Shown here piece by piece: positions 1 through 8,626 of a stretch of DNA of 64,000 nt. The DNA lies in the NCBI GenBank assembly GCA_964539395.1, contig CAZIIU010000014.1, positions 8,304 through 72,303 on the forward strand, in the 5' to 3' direction. The translations under genes were made by a program, and so were the position numbers. Position 1 is the first letter of the stretch; each line of letters starts with the position of its first letter. This DNA comes from an uncultured Bacteroidaceae bacterium. GTDB taxonomy: Bacteria > Bacteroidota > Bacteroidia > Bacteroidales > GCA-2748055. The notes beneath the pieces were generated by a model. It had not been told where the DNA came from. It ran no database searches and saw only the letters and a program-made list of their open reading frames with translations.

Positions 1-147
1 GATTCTCCCAAGGCTGTAGTTCACGGAATCGCCCACTATCAGTGCACCGGTAAGTACTGCGGTGCTAATCGCGATCCCCAGCGACAACAGGAGGTTGCGT
101 TTGTAGAAAAAAAACAGACTTCGTATGATCAGTTTCCGCGGATTCAT
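1..147 (-). CDS. ABC transporter permease (FtsX/MacB/LolE-like), 5' part only; runs off window
   Basis: Read manually: ATG at 147 overlaps the stop of the upstream ATPase (ATGA coupling). Translation MNPRKLIIRSLFFFYKRNLLLSLGIAISTAVLTGALIVGDSV is typical of the first TM helix of FtsX-family permeases. Confidence 0.8.
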   Translation of the reverse strand, partial: MNPRKLIIRSLFFFYKRNLLLSLGIAISTAVLTGALIVGDSVNYSLGRI

Positions 148-821
148 TGTTGTTCCAGCTTTCCTTCTATGATTTCATAAACCGTGCTCATTTTTGATGC
201 AAGTGCCCTTGAGTGTGTTACCAGTATGAGGGTTGTGCCTTCTTCGCTGTTCAATTGCAGAAGAAGTTCCGACATTCTTTCCACATTTTTCCAGTCGAGG
301 GCGCCTGTTGGTTCATCGGCGAGTATGAGCGAGGGTCGGTTAATCATCGCCCGTACCACAGCGGCACGCTGGCACTCTCCTCCCGACAGCTGTCCGGGCA
401 GCTTATTCCTGTGTTCCAGGAGTCCGACCCTTTTTAGCAACTCTTCGGCGTATTGGGTCTTCTGGTTGTGATCAGATCGATCCACCAGGGTGGGGATCAA
501 CACATTTTCGATCAGGTTACACTGGGGGAGGAGGTGGTGGAACTGGAACACAAAACCTATTTCACGGTTTCTGAAAAGGTCGAGTTCGGCATCAGTGAAG
601 GTTGTGATATCCTTGCCTTTGTAAGTATAGGAACCTGAATCGGGACGATCGAGCGTACCTGTAATATTCAACAGAGTGCTTTTACCGGAGCCGGAGGGAC
701 CGAGGATTGCGATCGTATCACCTTCATTTACTGAAAACGAAAGGTTAGCGAGCACTACCTGGTGATTGGTACGGGCAGGACTGCCGTATGCTTTTGAGAT
801 ATTCTGAAGTTGAAGCAGCAT
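144..821 (-). CDS. ABC transporter ATP-binding protein, LolD/MacB-like
   Basis: Walker A GPSGSGKST, GFVFQFHHLL, signature LSGGECQR, Walker B ILADEPTGALD, H-loop VTH. Confidence 0.93.
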   Translation of the reverse strand: MLLQLQNISKAYGSPARTNHQVVLANLSFSVNEGDTIAILGPSGSGKSTLLNITGTLDRPDSGSYTYKGKDITTFTDAELDLFRNREIGFVFQFHHLLPQCNLIENVLIPTLVDRSDHNQKTQYAEELLKRVGLLEHRNKLPGQLSGGECQRAAVVRAMINRPSLILADEPTGALDWKNVERMSELLLQLNSEEGTTLILVTHSRALASKMSTVYEIIEGKLEQQ

Positions 822-1004
822 ATATTATGGTTTAGACCTCTAATATAATGAATTTTAGCAAGTCAGAATAATATAACAGAGCGCAGCATTATCGCTGCAG
901 GAACGATGAATTGAAGTCATGCAGAAATTTCCACTGCAGCTGTGTACAATATGAAGATTTTATGTAAGTTTAGAGGTGGTTTTCACCCTATAACCAACTG
1001 ATAG

Positions 1005-1940
1005 TTGAAAAAACTCCTATTGATCGTTTTTGCAGGGTTGACTTCTGTGGCTCTTTCGCAAAAGACATTTATAAGAATAGAATCACCGATTACCGTCACT
1101 GTCATTCTTGATACGACAGATCACGGCAGCATTCTACCTGGTGAAGGTGCCATGGTAATTAGGGGACTGACACCAGGAGTTTACCCGGCCATATTCCGCT
1201 TCGACAGCCTGGAACTCCGGGATAATATTGTTATAGATGATCAAAATGAAAGGATATTGTATGTGGATATCAACAAGGGAGTGATTGAGGACCGCAGTCC
1301 GGTAAACAGGACCTCGAAACAGGCAATACTAACCTACAGGCATCCTTTCATAGTTTATGATTCCATACTGGACAAACGTGACAAGCGGGTATACAGGGTA
1401 GTAAAAATAGGTGATCAGACATGGTTCGCCGAGAATCTGGGATACAAAACTCCTACCGGCAGTTCAGTTTATCCCCGCGATCCCATTCACGAGAAAGTCT
1501 ACGGAAGACTATATACATGGGACGCGGCACTCATAGCATGTCCGGAAGGATGGCATCTTTCATCGGATGAGGATTGGATGGAGCTTGAACACACGCTTGG
1601 GATGTCAGACATTCTGCAGAATGGACGGGGCTGGAGGAGACCTGCAGGCGCATCTTCCCTGAAATCGGCAATCGGATGGTTTTTTCCTTCAGTATCGAAA
1701 GATGAGGCAGGATTCTCTTCCTTACCGGGTGGATACTGCAATGATGAAGGGTATTATTATAATGAGGGCTTTTTTGCGTATTACTGGACATCAACCAGCA
1801 TAAATGGGTCTGATGCATGGTACAGGGTGTTAACGTACGATATTAATGAGATCGGAAAATTCAGTTTCAGTAAAAAATTCAGGTTCAGTGTACGGTGTGT
1901 CAAAAATAACACCGTCCCACATCATGAAGCACTGCCTTGA
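1005..1940 (+). CDS. Secreted FISUMP (Fibrobacter succinogenes major paralogous) domain protein
   Basis: Signal peptide; IGDQTWFAENL, YGRLYTW, ACPEGWHL, YYWTST, FSVRCVK motifs; TTG start. Confidence 0.85.
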   Translation: MKKLLLIVFAGLTSVALSQKTFIRIESPITVTVILDTTDHGSILPGEGAMVIRGLTPGVYPAIFRFDSLELRDNIVIDDQNERILYVDINKGVIEDRSPVNRTSKQAILTYRHPFIVYDSILDKRDKRVYRVVKIGDQTWFAENLGYKTPTGSSVYPRDPIHEKVYGRLYTWDAALIACPEGWHLSSDEDWMELEHTLGMSDILQNGRGWRRPAGASSLKSAIGWFFPSVSKDEAGFSSLPGGYCNDEGYYYNEGFFAYYWTSTSINGSDAWYRVLTYDINEIGKFSFSKKFRFSVRCVKNNTVPHHEALP

Positions 1941-2069
1941 AAAAAGTATTACCCCCTTTCTGCACAAAATCCTCCAAGAAACTATAAAGAGTCAACTACA
2001 TTCAAAAGTGGTAACCCGTGTCTTTCAGGTACTTAAAGACAGTATATAAGCTATGCAGGGCAGGCTAAA

Positions 2070-4040
2070 TCAATCAGGTGAGAATAGTTCTCCTGCCAGA
2101 TTGATTTTCTCCTGGTCGCCCAGCAGATAGGTAATATCCCCCTCTTCCATCTTCATTCCCGGGTCTGGGTGCTCCATGATGGTATCCCCGCGCTTAATAG
2201 CTAGCAAGGTAACACCGGTCTCCTCCCTTAGTCTCATATCCCTGGCAGATTTGCCGACTGCTTCCGATCCGGCCTCAACACTCACAGCGGCGATATTGAT
2301 GGTCGACATTTCATCAAAGATTGAAGTGGTATTCAATTTATCCTTCTCCGTGTATTCACCAAGGTGTTTGCTCCTGAGGTGCGTCAGCATGCGGTTGATC
2401 TCCCGCAAAGGGTAGAGCTTTTCTACCAGTACCCCGTTGAAAAGATCGATCGCTATCTCCAGCTTTTCGGGAAGCACCTGGTCGGCCCCTGCTTCATACA
2501 TTGGTCCTACATTCTCCACGCTATGCACCCTGGCGAGAATCCGTACATTTTTGCTCAGGTGCCTTACCCTGTCAATGATGGCCATGGAGGTGATCATATT
2601 TCCAATAGAGATTACAACGATCTCAGCCTTATCCACATGTGCTTTCAGCAAAATCGGGTCGTTGGCTGCATCTCCGTAAACGACATAATCGCCCGCATCC
2701 ATCTTCTCTTTGGCTATGGAGGGGTCAAAAATTATTGAAGCATGTTGCAGCTCAAAGTACTTTGCCATCTGCGATAATTTAATGGCGCTTGCATCAGTCC
2801 CGATAATAACCAGGTGGTTTTTCAATTCCGGTATATTGATCTCTTTTAAAGGAAAAAGACCATTTACCCAGAAAGCGGGCAGCGGTAGCTTCAACAACCG
2901 GTTCGCAAGGGGGGAGGAGAACCTGATAAGGAATGGTGTAATGGCCATAGTAGTTACCGATACAGCAAGGAAAAGCTGAAAGTAGAAATTTGAAATAACT
3001 GATTGATCGACACCGATCTTAGCCAGGATAAAGGAGAACTCCCCCACCTGACTCAGTGCCAGTCCGACAAGCACCGTTCCTTTGAATGTATGTCCCAGAA
3101 TAAATCCAACACCACCGGCAATAATCGTTTTAAGGACAATAACAAGAAGAACGCTGACCAGTACCAGCCATGGATTGTCCACAATGAACGTCAGGTCGAG
3201 CAGCATTCCCACGGAGACGAAGAAGAAACTGGTGAAGATGTCTTTGAACGGTAACAATTTTGCAAAGGCGTTGTGGCTGTATTCCGAATCGGAAATCATC
3301 AGTCCGGCCAGGAAAGCACCGAATGCAATGGACATGCCCAGTTCGTGTGTAAGCATGGCCACTGAAAAACAGACGAGCAAAATGCTCATGATAAAGAGCT
3401 CCTGGTTTTTTGTCATGGCAACCTTATGCAACAGCCAGGGAAAGAGCCATTTATTACCGGCATATACAAAAGCCAGTATTGCAACGGTTTTTATGGAAAG
3501 AGAGAATATCTCCCTGCCCACATTGATGGAACCGTCGCCCAGGATATTGGTAAACAGCAACAAAGGAACGAGGATAAGGTCCTGGAAGATAAGGATTCCG
3601 AGTACTGTTCGGCCATAATTAGAGGAGATCTCAGAGCGCTCCTGCAGCAGTTTAAGTACCAGCGCCGAACTGCTCAGGGCAATAAGGAAACCGACGAAGA
3701 TTGCCGATTGCCAATCGAGATCGTAGAAAAGCGATACCACGTAGAAAACTCCGGCAGTTAAAAAAACCTGAAGAAAACCACCAAAGAAAACGATTCTGCG
3801 TATGCGCATCAGGTGTTTAAGGGAGAACTCCAATCCGATGGTAAATAGCAGAAGAGCTACGCCAACCTCAGCCAGGATTTCAATGGAATACTCACTACCG
3901 ACAAGTCCCAGAAGGTGTGGTCCGGCTAGAATCCCGGTGAGCAGGTACCCGACCACTGTTGGGATTTTTATCCTCGTGAAGAGAAAATTTACACCTGTCG
4001 CGAGGGCAAAAATGATGATGATCTCTTTTATTATTCCCAT
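2070..4040 (-). CDS. Monovalent cation:proton antiporter-2 (CPA2, Kef/YbaL-like) with TrkA-N and TrkA-C domains
   Basis: Many TM helices; LLFTIGLEFS, ILIFQD, FGAFLAG, LSQVGEFSF; C-terminal YGDA..L..A (RCK-N) and LLAIKRG (RCK-C). Confidence 0.92.
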   Translation of the reverse strand: MGIIKEIIIIFALATGVNFLFTRIKIPTVVGYLLTGILAGPHLLGLVGSEYSIEILAEVGVALLLFTIGLEFSLKHLMRIRRIVFFGGFLQVFLTAGVFYVVSLFYDLDWQSAIFVGFLIALSSSALVLKLLQERSEISSNYGRTVLGILIFQDLILVPLLLFTNILGDGSINVGREIFSLSIKTVAILAFVYAGNKWLFPWLLHKVAMTKNQELFIMSILLVCFSVAMLTHELGMSIAFGAFLAGLMISDSEYSHNAFAKLLPFKDIFTSFFFVSVGMLLDLTFIVDNPWLVLVSVLLVIVLKTIIAGGVGFILGHTFKGTVLVGLALSQVGEFSFILAKIGVDQSVISNFYFQLFLAVSVTTMAITPFLIRFSSPLANRLLKLPLPAFWVNGLFPLKEINIPELKNHLVIIGTDASAIKLSQMAKYFELQHASIIFDPSIAKEKMDAGDYVVYGDAANDPILLKAHVDKAEIVVISIGNMITSMAIIDRVRHLSKNVRILARVHSVENVGPMYEAGADQVLPEKLEIAIDLFNGVLVEKLYPLREINRMLTHLRSKHLGEYTEKDKLNTTSIFDEMSTINIAAVSVEAGSEAVGKSARDMRLREETGVTLLAIKRGDTIMEHPDPGMKMEEGDITYLLGDQEKINLAGELFSPD

Positions 4041-4241
4041 CGCACAACGATCAAAGTGGTTTTATACACGGCTGTTTCAGCGAACATCAGCAGACATATT
4101 ATATATCTGTTTCGCGAAATTAGTGATAATAATTGAAAAATAAATCTGCCTTAACAATTGAGCGAGGGCTAAAAACTTATGTATGCTGCGGCCTGACTAT
4201 ATCTTCAGCCTCTTTGCAGTAACCTGTTTGGCTCGAACCAG

Positions 4242-5549
4242 TCAACCAGTTGAAACAGGCACGTGTCTGGCCCTCTTATAGACCTCCAACATTTTTTGTA
4301 CCTGTCCCTCAACATGGAAATGTTGTTCGACCCCGGATTTTCCCTGTTTCGCCAGTTCATCCATTCTCAGCTGATCGCCTAGCAGTTCTTTCAGTGCTTT
4401 CGCCAGTGCCTGGGGGGTGTTCGGCTCGTAGGTCACCCCCCCTCCCGATAATCGTACGATTTCGGGGAATGCACCCAAAGCGGGCTGTACAACCGGAATC
4501 CCGGAGGCCATTGATTCAAGCAGGTAGATTCCAAAAGCCTCCCCCTTTCGCACCGGAACCGACATAACAGATACCTCAGCGAAAAAATCGAGTAATCCTT
4601 TTTCTTCAAACTCACCATGAAACTTAACCTGTCCGGCAAGCCCTTCCGTTTCAATTTTTTTTCTCTGCGATTTTAAAAATCCCCTGTCGTCTCCTGTTGA
4701 TCCGCCAGTAATATGAAGCTCCACATCTTCAAACTGCGGGTCCTTCTTTAGCAAAATATATGCATCAACCAGGATATCGAGGCCCAATTCATAACACATT
4801 CTCGACACATAACCAATACTGCGTATTTTTTTGGAAGGCAAAACAAATTTATAGTCATTCGGGTAAACCCCAATGTGGACCGTCGACAGCTTCTCCTCCG
4901 GGATGCGCAACAACCCCTTCATCTCAGCGGCATAGTAATCGCTTACGGCAACAAAAAGCGATACGTCCGAACCCCGCTCCGCCATCAGGTTCCAAACCTT
5001 CTCCTGTGACAAAGGTTGCATAACATCCACCCACTGGTCCTCATCCTGCAGTGAGCAGATCACAGGCACCATCAAGCTTTCAGACAGGCGGCGTGCCAAT
5101 CCGACCAGCAGGGCGTTGGAAAGGTGAATTACATCTGGTTTACAGTGTTCCGACAGCCATTCGATCATTCGATCGAGCTCCTCCTTCTGCTGCCCATGTT
5201 CCCCCAGCAGCATGGAGATGGTCATTTCTTCAAGTCCTTTGGCCCTGGTGGATCCGGCAAATTTTGCAGCCACCTTTAACATCGGTTTGGAATTCAATAT
5301 CCGGTCAACCCAGGCCGGAGCTTTTCTGAAAACAGGGTACTGCTGCTTCAGGTAGATGCTGATGGCACCATAAAACACGGGGATCTCCAGGGTGAGGTCA
5401 TGTTCATCGGCAAAAAGGGGTAAATACATCGGGAGCTTAATCACCTCGTTTTCAGAAGCCCTTAGTGCCTCTATAAACTTACTGTCGCGCAAACAGTTGC
5501 CGCAATAAAAACTTCCACCTGAACCGGGAATGATATGGAGTATCTTCAT
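4242..5549 (-). CDS. Glycosyltransferase family 4 (GT-B) with N-terminal CxxC motif
   Basis: Start MKILHIIPG at 5549; GEAFGIYLLESMASGIPVV (E-x7-E GT4 motif); YCGNCLRD near the N-terminus. Confidence 0.88.
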   Translation of the reverse strand: MKILHIIPGSGGSFYCGNCLRDSKFIEALRASENEVIKLPMYLPLFADEHDLTLEIPVFYGAISIYLKQQYPVFRKAPAWVDRILNSKPMLKVAAKFAGSTRAKGLEEMTISMLLGEHGQQKEELDRMIEWLSEHCKPDVIHLSNALLVGLARRLSESLMVPVICSLQDEDQWVDVMQPLSQEKVWNLMAERGSDVSLFVAVSDYYAAEMKGLLRIPEEKLSTVHIGVYPNDYKFVLPSKKIRSIGYVSRMCYELGLDILVDAYILLKKDPQFEDVELHITGGSTGDDRGFLKSQRKKIETEGLAGQVKFHGEFEEKGLLDFFAEVSVMSVPVRKGEAFGIYLLESMASGIPVVQPALGAFPEIVRLSGGGVTYEPNTPQALAKALKELLGDQLRMDELAKQGKSGVEQHFHVEGQVQKMLEVYKRARHVPVSTG

Positions 5550-5664
5550 GTGTACACTTCTGGTGCTGAAAAGCACATATTAATATTATTGGCTCAAATT
5601 CTGGCTGCTATATTAGTCTTTTACTCTATTTCAATAAATTGGTAACTACTTGATTCCCTAACCT

Positions 5665-6828
5665 TTACTTTTCACCGAAGCAATAGATCCTGCCATCGTC
5701 TGTTCCTGCAATAATGAATCCATCGATCACTGCCGGATTACCCGTTACCGGGCTTCCGATTTCGTAACTCCACCTGATCTTTCCATCTGCTGCATCCATG
5801 ATCAGCAGATCACCCCGCATGGTAGCCACTATCAGTGCATCCTTAACCAATACGGTTGATGCGTCTACCCTGCCACCTGTATTTACTTTCCACACCAGCT
5901 TTCCGCTCTTCTTATTGAATGAATAGACATGCCTGTCCCTGCTCCCGATAAATACCCTATCGCCCGAAAGTGAAGGAGCAGCAATAAAGGGCAAATCGGT
6001 TGCATCATCCTTGAAGCTCCACAACTCCTTCCCGCTCTTCAGCTCCATGCTGGTAAATTTCCCGTCATAATCGCCGATATACGTAACCCCTTTTTCAACC
6101 GCCACAGAGCCTGCTATATATGAGGCGACCTCTTTCCTGCCTACCAGTGTTCCATCCTTTACGCGCACCTGATGCAGCAATCCATCGCACCCACCGAATA
6201 CCGCCACACCGTTATAGATTGCCGGTGCACCATTCAGGAAATTGTCGGCCTCATATTTCCACAATCCTTCTCCGATAGATGCATCAATTCCATGCAGGAA
6301 GTAGTCGTAACTTCCAACCACCACCACACCCCCGCCTTCACTGGTTGAAGTAGCATTATCTCCCGCGGCATCGCCACCCGGATCCCAGTAGTTCGCCGCC
6401 CCCATAATCTGACCTGCTGTTTCGTAGGTCCAGATCGTCCGGCCGCTGGCCACTTCAATTGCAAAAACCTTCCCGTCATAGTTCCCCACATATGCCATAT
6501 TCCCGCGAATCATTGCAGGCGCCTCCACACCATTTCCAGTATTGATCTTCCATTTCATCTTACCGTCAATTGTGAGCCCATATACATTTCCATCCGAAGA
6601 TCCCACAACGATCACTCCGTCACATACCACTGGTGAAGCCTTTACTGCATCACCTGTCTTAAAAGTCCAAAGCAGTGAGGGGTTTGCCGGTATCAAAGCA
6701 TCCGACCTGCCTGAGAATTGCAGATCGCCCCGAAAATTAAGCCAGCAATCCTGTGCCGGCAAGTGAATGCCGGTCAGCAACAGAAGGGAAGCGACAATAA
6801 TCTTTATACATGTTTTTGCACCAATCAT
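5665..6828 (-). CDS. Secreted PQQ-like/BamB-like beta-propeller protein
   Basis: Signal peptide, WLNFRGD, repeated A/D-xx-G-xxx-W blade motifs. Confidence 0.85.
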   Translation of the reverse strand: MIGAKTCIKIIVASLLLLTGIHLPAQDCWLNFRGDLQFSGRSDALIPANPSLLWTFKTGDAVKASPVVCDGVIVVGSSDGNVYGLTIDGKMKWKINTGNGVEAPAMIRGNMAYVGNYDGKVFAIEVASGRTIWTYETAGQIMGAANYWDPGGDAAGDNATSTSEGGGVVVVGSYDYFLHGIDASIGEGLWKYEADNFLNGAPAIYNGVAVFGGCDGLLHQVRVKDGTLVGRKEVASYIAGSVAVEKGVTYIGDYDGKFTSMELKSGKELWSFKDDATDLPFIAAPSLSGDRVFIGSRDRHVYSFNKKSGKLVWKVNTGGRVDASTVLVKDALIVATMRGDLLIMDAADGKIRWSYEIGSPVTGNPAVIDGFIIAGTDDGRIYCFGEK

Positions 6829-6998
6829 TCTTCAGACATATTATCCCGATAAATTACTTCTGACGGCTCTATTATCAATTACCAATTATTTTGTAAATTA
6901 CGAAATTTATACTTATTAAAACATTCATTTTCTAATTATTATATAATATGTTGCCTGAATTCCAAGGTTCAGCATAGTCCCTTACCAAAAAAGAGCGC

Positions 6999-8552
6999 TC
7001 ATCGCCGTGATAAGGCGCCAGTCGGACACCCCTCAACCACGAGTTCTGCCACCTCTGCCAGCCCGTTTCTCAATGCCTCACCGAATGGTACCCCGATCAC
7101 CACATCAAATCCCCTGCCAATGAAGCTCATTCCGTATTTCTCTTTATGATCCTCAGCAATGTGCACGCAGATCCCGCACTTGATGCATTTATTTGGTTCA
7201 TATATAACGAAATCGTGCTGAATTTGTTTTTCAACTTTCTTTCGATCCTCCGACCAGTAGTGTTTCTGGTTAGCCCGATACTCATGTGCCAGGTTTCTGA
7301 GTTTACAGTCGACCAGGTCGCGACAGTCGCAATGCATGCAGCGCGCAGCTTCCGCCATCACCTGTTCTCTGCTGAGCCCCTGTTCAGGAACTGACGGCTC
7401 AATGCGCTCACCCGGTGCCGCCTCCTTCATATACTCAGGCAACTCCTCATCCATTAGCTTTCCAAACCTGGAATTAAAAAGGAAAGGCTCCCCGGTAATC
7501 TTTTCTCCTTTCAGGAACTGATCGATGCTGAAGGCCGCCTCCTTTCCCTGTCCAAGTGTCCTGATCGCCATTTTTGACGGTCGTACCGCGCTCCCTGCAG
7601 CAAACACCTTTTCCATGCTGGTGGTATAGGCCGACCGGTCCGATGCAATCCCCTTGGCATCCATCTCCACGCCCCATGCGGCAATGCCACTCTCTCCGCC
7701 CCCAACAGCGATAAGTACAGAATCATACCCGTCTACCAGTTTTACGAACTGTGACTGGTCAACCTCCGTTTCCTGGTGAAATACTGCACCCAGTTCCCTG
7801 ATAATCCCCACCTCATGTACCAATACCTTCTCAGGCAGAATCCCCTTCTCTACTTCAAGCCAGAGCTTTCCCCCGGGAAACTTGCGCCTGTCGTATATAC
7901 TGCACTGATAACCTCTCAACTGCAGGTAATAGGCAGCGGAGAGACCGGCAGGACCGGCACCAATCACTGCAATCTTTTTACCGGTTGAAGGTGTCTTTTC
8001 AGGCAGCCAGGGAGAGGCTACTTCCAGCTCCTGGTCGCCTGCATAGCGTTTCAGCAGGCAGATCGACAAAGCTGAATCGACCTGTTTTCTTCGACAGGCA
8101 CCTTCGCAGGGTGCGGGACAAATCCTTCCGAAAACAGCCGGCAGGGCAATATCCTGCTTTACCGCCTGCAGTGCTTCACTGAACCTGCCTTCCGCCAGCA
8201 GACGGTTCATCAGGGGAATGTTCATATGTGCCGGACAGGTGATCTGGCAGGGTGCCTCACAATCGCCAACATGCTCACTGAGAAGAAGTTCCAAGGCCAT
8301 GCGGCGCGACTCTTCCACCTCTTCGTCACGCGTAAGCACTTCCATTCCCTCCACGACTTTTACCGAACAGGAGGGAAACAACCTGCCGTTCTTATTATCC
8401 TTTACCATGCAGACCATGCAGGATGTGAAGTGCGGTTTGCCTTCGCGGTAGCACATCGAGGGAATATCTATACCTTTCATTCGTGCAGCACTGAGCACCG
8501 AGATACCTTCAGGAACATTGACCTCTATATGATTGATGTTTATTTTTGGCAT
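6999..8552 (-). CDS. Fe-S flavoprotein: NuoG/HydA-like N-terminal [2Fe-2S] + GltD/NfnB-like Fe-S/FAD module + C-terminal [4Fe-4S] (BfuA/StnC-like, truncated)
   Basis: IPSMC..SCMVCMV..PSC; HVGDCEAPCQITCP; GRICPAPCEGACRR; KIAVIGAGPAGLSAA; RCMHCDC....CKL; CIKCGIC...CPTGAL. Confidence 0.85.
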   Translation of the reverse strand: MPKININHIEVNVPEGISVLSAARMKGIDIPSMCYREGKPHFTSCMVCMVKDNKNGRLFPSCSVKVVEGMEVLTRDEEVEESRRMALELLLSEHVGDCEAPCQITCPAHMNIPLMNRLLAEGRFSEALQAVKQDIALPAVFGRICPAPCEGACRRKQVDSALSICLLKRYAGDQELEVASPWLPEKTPSTGKKIAVIGAGPAGLSAAYYLQLRGYQCSIYDRRKFPGGKLWLEVEKGILPEKVLVHEVGIIRELGAVFHQETEVDQSQFVKLVDGYDSVLIAVGGGESGIAAWGVEMDAKGIASDRSAYTTSMEKVFAAGSAVRPSKMAIRTLGQGKEAAFSIDQFLKGEKITGEPFLFNSRFGKLMDEELPEYMKEAAPGERIEPSVPEQGLSREQVMAEAARCMHCDCRDLVDCKLRNLAHEYRANQKHYWSEDRKKVEKQIQHDFVIYEPNKCIKCGICVHIAEDHKEKYGMSFIGRGFDVVIGVPFGEALRNGLAEVAELVVEGCPTGALSRR

Positions 8553-8626
8553 TTCACTTTTTCTATTGCGCTAATATTCCATTTCAACAAATCGGGAACA
8601 TCCATTTTGACATAATTTCAGATCGT

